A program made the position numbers and the translations under genes. The notes below the pieces were generated by a model. It saw only the letters and a list, made by a program, of their open reading frames with translations. It made no database searches and was not told the DNA's origin. A stretch of DNA of 64,000 nt from Moniliella sp. 'wahieum' (lineage: Eukaryota), in NCBI GenBank assembly GCA_003971905.1, contig RSEE01000017.1, positions 1 through 64,000 of the forward strand, given 5' to 3'. Below are positions 53,058 to 64,000 of this stretch, piece after piece (within the stretch, counting starts at the first letter, position 1; every line of letters begins with the position of its first letter).

Positions 53058-55185
53058 CGAGGCGGTGTGGGGACGGAACCAGGTGGCTGTTCGCCAGATG
53101 GAGGGGCAGCTGGTGGAGTCCTCGGCGCGCCCACTTGCGGGCGCCAAAGCAAGCGAGAAATCCAGGTAAGTTCTACCGCGCTGGTTGCTGACGTCAGCGA
53201 TGGATTTTTCCGTGGCGACGACTCCTGCTATTGTTCCCAATGTTGAAACGTTCAGCATGCGCTGTGGGCTTTTTGGCAAGGCCCACCAACACTCCACCCT
53301 ACAACTATAGTACGCTATACTTGTAGGCCACCATGACAACCACGGAGCCTGCTCTATACGGCCCCCGGTGGAAAGGAGGCAAGCTGGCCAAGTAGTGAAT
53401 GCCAAGACGCCTATTGGATCGAGGATGGAGGATGGTGTATACCGCTTGGAGTGGCATGGTGCGCATTGTGAGTCGTAGGCGTCGCATCGGTCCGACAAGC
53501 TGCCGTTCAACTCAGTGGCATCGAACTCATCGGACATACGGGAACGCAGCCTCTTTGCCCCGCGCACGAACGCAATGTGCTGCGGGACCATGATAGGGCA
53601 CTCTGCCCAACGACTGACGCAAGACGATGAACAAGTTCGGCATTTGAGCTCACCCACCTAACCCTTGATAAAAGAAAACATCAACTTTGCGCGAGATGAG
53701 ATCTGAGATGCCTACGCCACCGTAGGAGCTAGCGGTGCGCGCGCGCCAGAAGAGAAGTATAGCGTAGTGAGCTGCGTGAGCATCTATATCGAAAAAGGAG
53801 ATGCACAAAAGGCATCACAGGCGACGGACCCTTCAAGAAGGAAACCTTTGCCAGGACTCAAGCCCGCACCACCGGCAACCGAGGCCGAGGATTTAGTACA
53901 TGTAACTTGTGATGCATACTAGTAGTTGCTATACTTCTCACGTGTACCAACAGAAGGTCAGCAGCATGACCACCAAGGCAGCACACCTCGCGCTCTGTAC
54001 GATCGGTTGAGGACCAACCGTTTCATTGCCCATTATGTGGAACCGGTGGAAGACCATGAAGCAGAGGGGCAGGGTGGCAAGCCGAGGTTGTCACCGTATT
54101 CAAGGAGAGACTTGGTTCTGGTTGCGTAGCCGCCGTCGCCCATCGTCGTAACGCATGAAGCCATGCAGTATCGGAAGCAGTAGAGGATGCCAACTGCGCC
54201 CGCCTCCACTGTAGAGGAGGTCCCGCCTGTAGTGCGGCCAACAGTGGCAGGCGCGGTGTCGAGACAAAGTGTGTTGCTGGCCGGTGCGGACAGCTAAAAG
54301 TGTTCGCCCCTTTGCGCGCTTCCACTCCCGATTGTGCTCGTTGTAAGCAGTCGCATCTCGCAGTACAGAGTATTAAACCAGCTCACATATACGATGGGAG
54401 TCAAGGGAAAGAGATGGGGAAAGAGTTGGTGGATGATGACGCTGGGCAAATGGCGGCTGATACCGTTGGCCACTGGGCAATTGGGGCACATGCCCTCTCG
54501 CAGTGCCCCTTCCTTTCGTAGTAAAACCACGATACCCATGACGAGAGGGGCATGAGCCAGCTACAGCACAACGCAAGCGAGAACGCGAAACACCCATTAA
54601 CGAGGCTTGTCATGGCGATTCGTGCGTCAACTCAGATACACCAGTCAATGAGGTAGGAGCAGAGGGGAACAGAGAGGAACAAAGGCGGAAACAGAGGCCG
54701 CATAGGCGCGGAAGAGGGTAGGTAAGGGGAGAAAGGCAACGTGGAAATCACGTCGAGAGTGAGCAAGGCGAGGTCAAGTGAAGAGGAAGAGGGAAATGGG
54801 AAAGGGAAAGGGAGATGAAAAGTGCTCCTGGACTGGATCTGGGGTGAAACGGTGGGGGCGGGGGACGGGGTAGGGGAAGGAAGGCAGGCGGGAGGAAAAA
54901 AAGGAGGAAAGGAAGCGGAAAAGAAGCTGGCGAACCATATTCTTCAAGCTGATCTGAACCATGCTTTTCCACCCCTCCCTCCCTCCCACCCTTGCCTCCC
55001 TTAACCCAGCGACATGCGACTCCCTGCCCCTGTCACTTTCCCCGCTTCTTCCTTCTCCCCCAACGGGCGGCAGGGGTTAAATAGCAGCGACCGACCCGGC
55101 CAGCGCTCAGAACTGCAATGCGAGCGAGCGGTCGCGCAGCTTGGGGAAGAGCGGCAGGGAGGGAGATGAATTGAGCCGGGTAGGC

Positions 55186-55864
55186 TTACAAGATCCTGCA
55201 GTTGTTTTCTTTCGTTGCTTGCGCACGACTGGTGTGATCACCGCCCGCAGAGCCTCATCAAAGACACCCTTGAGTCCCTTTTGGGTGAGAGCCGAGCACT
55301 CCATGTACTTGACCGCGCCAATTTCCCGTGCCAGCTGAGAGCCCTGAGCAAAGGAGATGGGGGCCATACGGCGGTCACGCAGCTTCTGCAACGTCTCGGG
55401 GTCGTCGCGAAGATCGAGCTTGGTGCCGACCAACAAGGCGGGCACCTGGGGCGCATGGTGGGTGATCTCGGGCCACCACTTGCTCTTCACATTCTCAAAC
55501 GACGGGGGGGAGACGAGGCTGAAGCAGATAAGGAACACGTCGGTTTGCGGGTAGTAGCTGAGCGGGCGCAGGCGGTCATAGTCCTCTTGGCCAGCGGTGT
55601 CCCAGAGGCCAAGGACGACGGGTCGGCCGTCGACGAGGACCTGGGCCGAGTAGTTCTCAAAGATGGTGGGATGTAGTCGCTGGGGAAGGAGTTGGTGGTG
55701 TAGGAGATGAGCAGGCACGTCTTGCCCACAGCGCCATCTCCAACGACGACGCCTGGGGGCGGGGGGGGGGGGGGGGTCAGCAGGGGGCGGGGGGCGGGCG
55801 GAGAGGAGGAGGGGAGCAGCGACGCACACTTGATCGTCTGCGGTGGCGGCTGGGCAGCAGACAT
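55186..55864 (-). CDS. RAC1: Rho-family GTPase, Rac type
   Basis: [45 protein letters not shown] (Trp56), [37 protein letters not shown], polybasic tail and CAAX CRIL. Confidence 0.93.
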
Positions 55865-56699
55865 GGTGGACAGCAGAACAGACGCGCCAGTGGTGGGGAG
55901 GAAGGAAGCGGTGGCACGTGGCGGCGGGGGGGCTGGGCTGCGTGGGCTGCGGCCTGCCGGGGCGGAACTTGCGCCAGCGGAGCGCTGCGGGCGCCGCCAG
56001 CCGAGGCGCGCCCACTGCCCCCGTGCCCGGCGCCCGCGCCCGTGCTGCGTCCCCCGTGCCCCCGCGCCGCCCCCATGTGGGCGCGCGCCGCATGCCACAC
56101 ACTGCCCCCGCGCCGCCGCGCTCCCACGCCGCCGCACCAGCGCCCACGCTGCCCCCGTGCCGGCCCCACTGCCCGTCACCTCCCCACAGGCGCCGTGCCT
56201 GGGTGCCCGGCGGCGACCAGCGCACTGGGGCGCCGTGCCTCCGCCGCGCCTCTGCTTCCCTCCCGTGCGCTTTTTAAATTTTAGTCCGCGCCACCCTCAT
56301 GCATCGCGTCCCCTGGCCGGTGATCTTATAGGCCGTCTCCATCTCCTCACATGTCACACCTCTTCCTATTACACGGGAAAACAAGCACAGAAACCCAACC
56401 TATACCACACAAGTTGCGATCAACGTCGGAGCCCACTCGATGGCGTAGTAAGCACGGCCACCCACACGCGGTTCGGATGCCCATTTTCATGTTGTTGCCT
56501 CTTCCCCTTGTATCGGGGAGCGCCGTGAGCGCGGTACCGGAGATCCGAGGTGATGCAGGAAGAAGTTGAAGTGGCCGAGGGTAGTCTGACGCACAGGGGA
56601 CCCTATCCCCGCTCGATTGCTGTAGGGACAGATAAGAGGAAAAGAAAGAGGGGGTATAATGGGAACAAGCGGCGTTCTTGGGTTCTTGGGGTGACTAAT

Positions 56700-57500
56700 G
56701 GACAGGTGTCTTCCATGATATGCATACATAGGGATAAACGGCGCAGTGGTGTGGAATGACCGGGATCCGAGTGTTCTCCCTTCGCCTGCAACGAGAGAAG
56801 AGAATTGTGACCCAAAGGAGAAGGCTCCAGAGACTGCGACTGCGGTGAGTAGTAGGAACAAGGTAGGTTGTGCCATAGATACATGGGAGAGAAGGTGTGC
56901 AAGAGGGAAAGGAGATGTGAGGGTATGACAGAGGAGGCGAGGTGACCGGCGGGGAGGGGCAGGGGGGTTTCCAGTTCGATAGGCCAAAATCGATCGAGGC
57001 TAAACAAGGAGAAAGATTGAGGGTTCTTCGTGTGTATTGTGGTTTTTGGGATTTGAGTCCTTGCGGCAGCGGAGCGAGGGGGTGCATCCTATAATACCGA
57101 GCGATCCACATCGGTTGTTCCGTTCCCCCTTCATATGGGAGACGAGCACAGTAGGTAACGACCGGCATGCCCAGGCGAATCTCAAGTCTGTACGGAGCAC
57201 ATCAGTTCCCAGCTAGATTGGCCCCACATGGGCCAGACGGGGAAGAAGAGGTACCAAAGTGGTATAGAATTGGCAACAATGCTCTCTCTTCTCTCGACAC
57301 GGCTGGTTTTCGCCGGCGTCAGTTGGTTGGCGCCAGGCCAAGACCATTGGCGTGCGCATCCACACACACCCTCTTAGTCCACTTGGCGCAACGACGGCAA
57401 TGAGACGGCTCTGCAGTCACGTTTACGTATCGTTGGCCCCACGGCGACTCCAACCAGGCGGGGCATAACCGTTCTGCTTTCTCATCCCAACAGATACCGC
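56700..57500 (-). pseudogene. Possible decayed Ser/Thr protein kinase
   Basis: Motif remnants in kinase order: GQRYVNV (Gly-loop-like), MH..QGLKSQK (HRDLKxxN-like), IDFGLS (56977-56994), YYSPQ, WSLLLWVTILF; heavily disrupted. Confidence 0.45.
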
Positions 57501-58181
57501 AAAAGGAGAGAGAAACGGGTGGTGGCTCCCCGAAGAGCGTATCTTCGCTGTGTGGTAGTTCACGTGACCTGGGGAGGGCGTGAAGCACCCCAGGGCCATA
57601 AGGGGTTGCGGCTCCTTCGAAGGGATCAACGCTAACCTGTCCAACGCCACTGACGCTTTGCGAACGGAGGATGGCGGAGGAGAGGCAAGGGCAATGGTCG
57701 TACTTGGACTTCTTTTTGCATTTTCAAGGTACTTCTCTGCCCCTCCGTTCGTCGGAGTAGGCATAATGTGGGATGATGCCCCCCCCTGCGCCGACATCCG
57801 ATGCCAATAATGAGACTCCGTTAGGCATGGCCCGCCGCCGTCGCTGTGGGATGGAAGGTTTGGTCGTGCAGCTTTTGAGTGGCTGTGAGGCTAGAGATGG
57901 TTGATCAGTGGTGGATAGCGGGCGGCGCTGTGGGAAAAGTGACAGCGATCGCATCGCTTCCGTGCGAATGCGTGAGGAACCCGACGGAAGATGAGTGGCG
58001 GTTGATGTCAACATCAGTCATATAAGTAGGAACGGACGGATTCCTTGCTTGCCCTCCGTGTGAGCCCTGAGTTCTCCCGGTACGCACTTTCCCCCATGAC
58101 AGCTCTCTCTGCTGTTCCCGCCTGTGGCATATGATGTAGGGATCGCATCGTGTGGCGGGCATGGGTTGGTGTGAGGCACCA

Positions 58182-60169
58182 TCATGCATCAGAATCAAAC
58201 TGGCGCTTGCGAAAGGGCCAAAGGGAAGCCAGCCGATGTGCCAATCCCCTCTTTAAAGCGGGAACTGAGTGAGGTGATGGGCCTGCTGCTGAGAGGGTGG
58301 AAGCGCCGCTTTGGCCCGGCCCCACCGCAGCAGGTTGGGCGTGGCTGCTGGACCAAGTCCAGCGTACCCATGGGCGCAACAGCTTGCGCGGTTTACGATC
58401 TCCCTCCATCGTCGCGCCAGTCAACGCAGCCCGGTAGGTGGGCGGAATGGTCTCGGCGACAACAAACCAAGGGTCGGTCCTGTGGCCATTATTATTGTCA
58501 TGTTCGGTAGCGCCAGCAGTTTGTACCAAAGCCCAGTTAGCTTGGCGATGCAAAATCTCGGCTCGGTCGCTCCATCCTCCACCCAGTAGATAGTCCGACC
58601 AGACCTGGGCGAAAAGAGGGTCGAAGGCACGCATCGGCTCCGGATCATAACTTTGCTCCTCACCATCCTCTTCGGGCAAGGGGGGCAATTTGCCTTTGGC
58701 CAGCTCGTACGCTGCCTCCCAGGTCGATTTTTCCTCGGGCCTGTGACTGGGTAACACCAAGTCTGCCTCGTCGATGGAAGCGCCAATTGCAAAGTTGCCT
58801 GGCCCGATCGATTAAATCCGTCTTGAGTAAAGTCAGTCCAGAGCATCGTTGCCGGTCGTCGGGCCGGGGGATCTTTGTATTGAAGAAGAGGAGGGAGCGT
58901 GAGGGCGGATGCTGGCTCGTTCGTAGCCAAAAAGCCATGTGAGGCAAATTGGTCCCAGGATTCTTGGGCAAACGTGGTGGCCTTGGGGTCCGTACGTGGG
59001 CCACCAGGGTACCCAGGCAGCAGTTTGTGGAACGTCTCAGACCACTGAGGCTCGAAGGAAGAGTTTGTCTGCCATCGACTCCACGGCGGTTGGCATGCGG
59101 TTCGGACCAAGTCGGGGCTGAACACACGCACCGCCCGGGTTAGCATGGTGATGGGTTCTAAAGCAATGTGATCTGGCAGGTGGTTGGGGTCGGAAGAGAA
59201 GCAATGAGGATACTTGAGCACGTATTCTTTCAGGCGTGGTGGCAGACCTGTGACAGTATGAGAAAGCTGGCGGACGTAGGAGAGCAAGAGGTGTTCGGCA
59301 GCGTTGCTGGTGCGAATGAAGGCGGCGTAGGTTGTATCAAAGGGGGCATCGGTGGGTAGGCCAAAGAGCAATGTGCCAAACAAGCGGCCGATTCGAGAGG
59401 GCGTCATCCCGTTCTTCATCGAATGGGCCATGACAGAGGAAAGGAGAGAAAAGAGGGTTTGAAGCAGCGCCGCCTCGTTCCGTCTCAGGCTCTGCAGAAA
59501 GAGGTCAAAGGCAGTGATGGGGTAGCCGGCGCCTGGGAAGGGCGCGGTGCCAAACGTCAACGTGAGTCAGTTGCATGGTATGAGCACAACAATCGAGGGA
59601 AGAAAAGGGCAACTCACGCCGCTCGTCAGCACGCCACTGGAGGTACATGTCCATCAGCAGAAATCCTGGTTGGCGAATGGGGGCCACAGCCGTGGGGGGG
59701 TGTTTTTTCCTGGAACGACGATGCAGGATCGGCAGAAGGAAGGGCAGTGTGGTGGGATCCGGCTCAGCGCCCACTTGACCAAAGCGCTTAGGTCGTGAGG
59801 GGTCGCGATGTGTGTTTCGCTGACGAAACGGGGCGGAAGGATACGTGGCGGAGGCAATGTGGCAGCACCAACAGACCCCTCTGTGAGCGGAAGATGAGTG
59901 GGAGGCAACTGGAGGTACGCAGCCAGCAGCGCATCGCACCCGTCGACCGTCTGGTCTACAGCGAGAGCAGAGAATAGGAGGGGCGAGTCGAGCCCCCGCT
60001 GACGCAACTGAGCTGCACAGGCCTGGATGAGCGTGGCGGCGCGCAGGGTGTCGAGGTAACTTGCTGGCCGCGGACAAAGTAGCCGTCGGGGGCGACGGAG
60101 CTGAGCGGTACGTGCGAGGCTGGCGAGGAGGTCGGGCAGGGGGGCGGTTCGGTCGCGGCTGGGTGGCAT
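58182..60169 (-). CDS. Msb1/Mug8 (DUF1708) RhoGAP-like fold protein
   Basis: ACAAQLRQRGLDSPLLFS, HDLSALVKWALSRI, YLQWRADER, LFSLLSSVMAHSMKNGMTPSRIGRLFGTLLFGL, FDTTYAAFIRTSNAAEHLLLSYVR. Confidence 0.82.
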
Positions 60170-62224
60170 GCCGAGGGCAAGGTGGTGATGGGGCGGGGGG
60201 GGGAGGGGGGAGCAGGGGACAAGATGGCTGTTGCGTCTCATCTCATTTTCTCAGTCCCCTGTGGCGTCGGTGGCACCAAATACAATATTCCCCCGTGCAT
60301 TCCGTCGTCGTCGAGCCGGCTAACCCATCGGAAAGCCACTAATATACTACCGAACACTCTATACTCGGGGGCTAGTCTCTGCCTCCATCCATCGGCCCAC
60401 TGCTGCCGAAGATGTGCAGTGCGCAGCGTCGGCCCGCAGCCGCCCAGCCTTTCGCCACTGCTAGTCCGTGCCCACAGCCCCTGGCACTATCCTGCGCCGA
60501 GAACCCCCCTGCATATTAACACCCTCCCCGCCGGGAATCACAGCCCACAGCCTCCCCGGCCCCATTTTCAAACCCTGTGCCCCTTTAACGATCTCCGCGC
60601 CTCAGTTTCACTTCCCTCTGTCGTCGGTAGAAGAGCTACTACACGGGGATGCGCAGTGTCGTTCATCCTGCTCCTCACTCTTCTTCGCTCCGAGTCGATA
60701 ACGCTCATGACATTGACGACTAAGTACTAAACAGGACTCGGCGTATAAGGAACACATCAGTGACCCCTTCATCAGCTTCATCGGACCGAAACATGTGGGA
60801 ACTCTTGTATTACAGGAGGTACTAGATGGGCTTCGCAATTATATGGATTGGCAGAGCAATTGCAGATTTATTGACTTGAAGACGGACGAAGAAGAATCGC
60901 TGCCCCTGCCAGGCCAGGTCGGTACACTCATCCGATGTGTGCTGCACTGATGATAAAACCCCCCAAACGGGATTGTTGCGGGGAGAAGAACATTATCCGA
61001 ATCCCCCCAGTTCTACTAGTACTGCAGCAACTGAACTGGGACAAAAGAGGCCTGCATCAGGTAATTGCAAGACGGGCGGAACCCAAGGATGTGGGTGGAG
61101 AACCTCTGGAAATGTAGAGCAATGCACTCGCGGTGCCAGTGGTGGTTAAGGTCTAAGCCTTATGCCATAGGGGTTCGGACAAGCCGGAGTATACACTTGA
61201 GGCTTCCGAGGTCACATAAGGGGCAAAGGGTAATAAGGTGTGTTGACCTATCGGGTGGCTCGTGCGTTGGCCAATGCCCCTTCAGTTCCTCCTCAGGCCT
61301 GGGAGTTCGTTGTTTTTTCTCTCTCTTGTTTTCCTTGCTCCGCAGCTTAGCCCGGCGGCGACTCGCTGCTTGCTGTTTTCCTCTGCAGGCGTTGCTGGTT
61401 GGCTTAGACCACCACCACCGCCAGTGCGATTGCATCACCCTCGAGAGCCATCTGGACTCCAGGTCGCACCAAGGTGCCTTGGTCTACGGGACCTCGGGTA
61501 CCAACAGTTAATTCCAATTGTAATACCATGAGATGTGTCGTGCGGCGTGCAGGATCATGCATGTGTGTGGTTGGTTTCCTCCCCCTTGCCCAGCGCTCTG
61601 ATTTGTGGTGGCGTAGTATAGCTGACCAGTGACCAGTGACTGCCACTAGGCTGCACTACGACGCGTGTCGGTGTCGCTGCTACGGAACGAGGCTGAGGGG
61701 CCGGAGGAGACCGGAAGTCCAATCCGACCCACCGAGACAAGGAACAGTAAGCGTCCCATTGGTCCTGACGCCCCGCCGCGAGACGAGCTAGCCATTTTTG
61801 CCGTGGTACAGGCGGCGGCGAGGGGAGCCGAGGTAGAGGTAGAGGCACAGGGAGAAAATCGAGGACCACAGTGGAGACGCATAGGGCAGGGGAATAGAGC
61901 AGGGTAAGAAAACGAACGCTTGAACCTCCCTGAAGGTCAGGCGGGATCGAACCATGGTAACGGATACCCCTGCCGTTCCAGACCGCAGCGAGGAAGGAGG
62001 GAGGAAATGCTGTCCTCATCCCGCTGCAGAGCGAGGTGGCCATGGATCTAGGGATGCTGGTGTTGGTGTGGCGGTGAGAAAGACGAACATGGCGGATGCA
62101 GAACAGGGTATCGAACTGGTATCTGATGTGCATGTGGGAAGAGCGGGGAGGGTGCAGGCTGGACGGGAAGGGAGGTGTCCAAAGGGGGCAGAGCCTCAGC
62201 CCAACAAGCATCAGACAAAGAGAC

Positions 62225-62262
62225 AAGCACAAGCACAAGCACAAGCCCAAGCACAAGCACAA
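62225..62262. repeat. (AAGCAC)n microsatellite
   Basis: Directly visible. Confidence 0.85.
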
Positions 62263-62389
62263 GCATGCCTTCCCACCTTTGCCCCCCCTCCCGCCGCTCA
62301 GGGCTGGGAGTACTGACGGATCATCGCTGGCCCAATCCAATACAGCACCCAAACCAGACGAATCCCAACATACAAACCAGAAGACAAGG

Positions 62390-63334
62390 TCAGCGCAACG
62401 TGTTCTCTTTGGTCTCGCCCGTCTCGTTGTAGGTATTTACGCCTACGCCTTTCCTCTGCCAGCCCGTGCGTTTGGCTTTGCCCTCCTTCCCCTGTCCCTC
62501 GGGCCGAGGGTGTACTCACTTGTAATCCGATCCTCCAACTCGTCCACGCGACTTATGATCTTGTCCACTGCAGCAAAACCAGAGCCAGCGCGGGGTCAGC
62601 ACCACAGCGCCCACACGCGCCACAGACACAGACACGCAGAGGAAGAGCATACAATGACGATCGCTCGTGGTCTCCGTATCGTGCACCAGACACTCTAACT
62701 TATCCAGCACCGCGTCGAACCAATCCGGGATCTCGTGGGGCGCCGTCACGTCCGGCGGCGCGGTACACGCCAATGCCCAGCCCGGGCGGGGGGTAGCTGG
62801 TCATTGTCGGAGGCGCAAAGGGGGCCGGCGTGCGTGTCCCAGGACAAGAGGCGTGAGCGCGGGCGGGTGTCCGACTGCGTAGCCGGCAGCGGGTCGAGCA
62901 CGGCGGCAGCCGGCGCCGGGCCCGGCACAGTGGCAGTGGCAGTGGCAGCGGCATTGGTAGTGGTAGTGGTAGTGGCAGCGGTAGGGGTGGGTTGGGACGA
63001 AGGGGGCAAGACAGACGGTGCGTCGGGCGCGGCAGGCCAGGGGTCGCACGGCGCCCCCGCGTTCGGCAGTGCCACGGTCGGGGTTGGGGTCGGGGTCGGG
63101 GCGTGGGGAGCCACACGCACTGGACGCGGGCGGCGGGGAGGAGTGGCGTTCGGGTGGGGCGAGCTTGAGGCCGAGCTGGGAGTGGGAGGCGGCAGGCAGC
63201 GGCGCCTGGGCGGGCGCAACGGCCACGGCGAGCGGGGGCAGGTCGCGGCGGGTGCGGAGCGGGGACAGCGGTGGGCGCGGGCGGGAGCGCGGGCGCTGGG
63301 GCGAGCGGAGCGGGCGGGGGCTCGCCATGGGCAT
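62390..63334 (-). CDS. HSBP1-like (heat shock factor binding protein 1) coiled-coil protein with a long Pro/Ala-rich N-terminus
   Basis: DVTAPHEIPDWFDAVLDKLE..., intron (gtatgc..gctgac..cag), DKIISRVDELEDRIT; resembles fungal HSBP1 PHELT..L..LE..SRVDALE..I; both ends uncertain. Confidence 0.5.
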
Positions 63335-63696
63335 GTGCGCCGGCGGGCAGGCGGAGGCGGAGGCGGAGGCGGAGGCAGAGACGGAGGCAGAGACGGAGGC
63401 AGGACAGAGGGGGCCAGAGAGCGGCCTGCGTGCTGAGAGTGAGAGCTGAGAGTGGCAGTAGGAACCCAGCAGCGCATGAAGCATTGCTGAGCAGCCACGC
63501 AGCCACACAGGCACACAGCCACCCGCCAGCCAGCAGGCGTCTGGGCCATGCGTCCTACATTATAGGCGTCCTCCATGCAGCGCACATATATCTCCCCTGC
63601 GGCCTAGTGCCCACCCCCACACCCCCACCTGAAATTTCAGCTACTGCGCCACACGCCTGGGGCCACCGTGGGATGATCGCATGGCGCTGCTATGGC

Positions 63697-64000
63697 ATGT
63701 CAATCTCAGTCTCACACTCTCCTCCGCCTCCTCCGCCTCGTCCAACACACGCCGACGCCTGCGACGCAGCAGCAGGCCCGCCCTCACACCTGCTTCGACG
63801 TCGAGAAGAACCAGTTCGACCGGCTCTTGATCGAGTTGCCTGCGTCCGGCCGCGCGCGCAGCGAGCCCGCCTCGCCATACGCCGAGGGCGAGCCCATGTC
63901 GAGCCTGTGCGGTGGTGCGCCTGCGCTGCGCTTGCGCCGGGTTGATTGACGCTACGCGCGGCACCGCCACCGCGCACTGCTTGGACTGGCAGCGGAGCGC
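63697..64000 (+). CDS. 5' part of a hypothetical protein, truncated by the window end
   Basis: ATG followed by GC-rich coding-like sequence (FDVEKNQFDRLLIELP). Confidence 0.35.

Noticed and set aside
53657..53665. CCTAACCCT as a telomerase RNA template
   Set aside because: Too short, with no supporting structure
1058..60169. Frameshifts in nearly every conserved gene as programmed frameshifting, RNA editing or mass pseudogenisation
   Set aside because: The cases inspected are mostly single-base losses in homopolymers (e.g. FKBP GGG vs GGGG, RAC1 CCC vs CCCC) with otherwise well-conserved protein sequence, which is typical of unpolished long-read error
33125..60169. SPA2, RAC1 and the Msb1-like gene as a polarity gene cluster
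   Set aside because: They are interspersed with unrelated genes and show no sign of co-regulation; chance is plausible

Overview
Left end of a chromosome from a GC-rich, intron-containing fungus, most likely a basidiomycete (inferred from GT..CTRAC..YAG introns and protein similarity). It starts with (CCCTAA)n telomere repeats and has almost no subtelomere. Recognisable genes, by eye: DMA1-like FHA-RING ligase, two tandem FKBP12s, IPP1, an FG nucleoporin, RRP9, a CaMK, an LCCL membrane protein, PDA1, IPK1, SPA2, a J-domain protein, SEC27, a Mid2-like membrane protein, haspin, a Rac GTPase, an Msb1/DUF1708 protein and an HSBP1-like gene. Nearly all carry scattered 1-bp indels that look like long-read errors, so boundaries are approximate. 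Two things stand out. (1) Two diverged CRE/Cnl1-like REL-endonuclease non-LTR retrotransposon copies are joined tail-to-tail at a palindromic junction, 5.5-7.9 kb from the telomere. (2) Lower-GC spacers between intact genes contain heavily decayed fossil genes: a clear CLF1/crooked-neck relic, and weaker kinase, Derlin and EMC8/9-like relics. This suggests gene loss after genome duplication or hybridisation. No database searches were run; all identifications rest on motif recognition.
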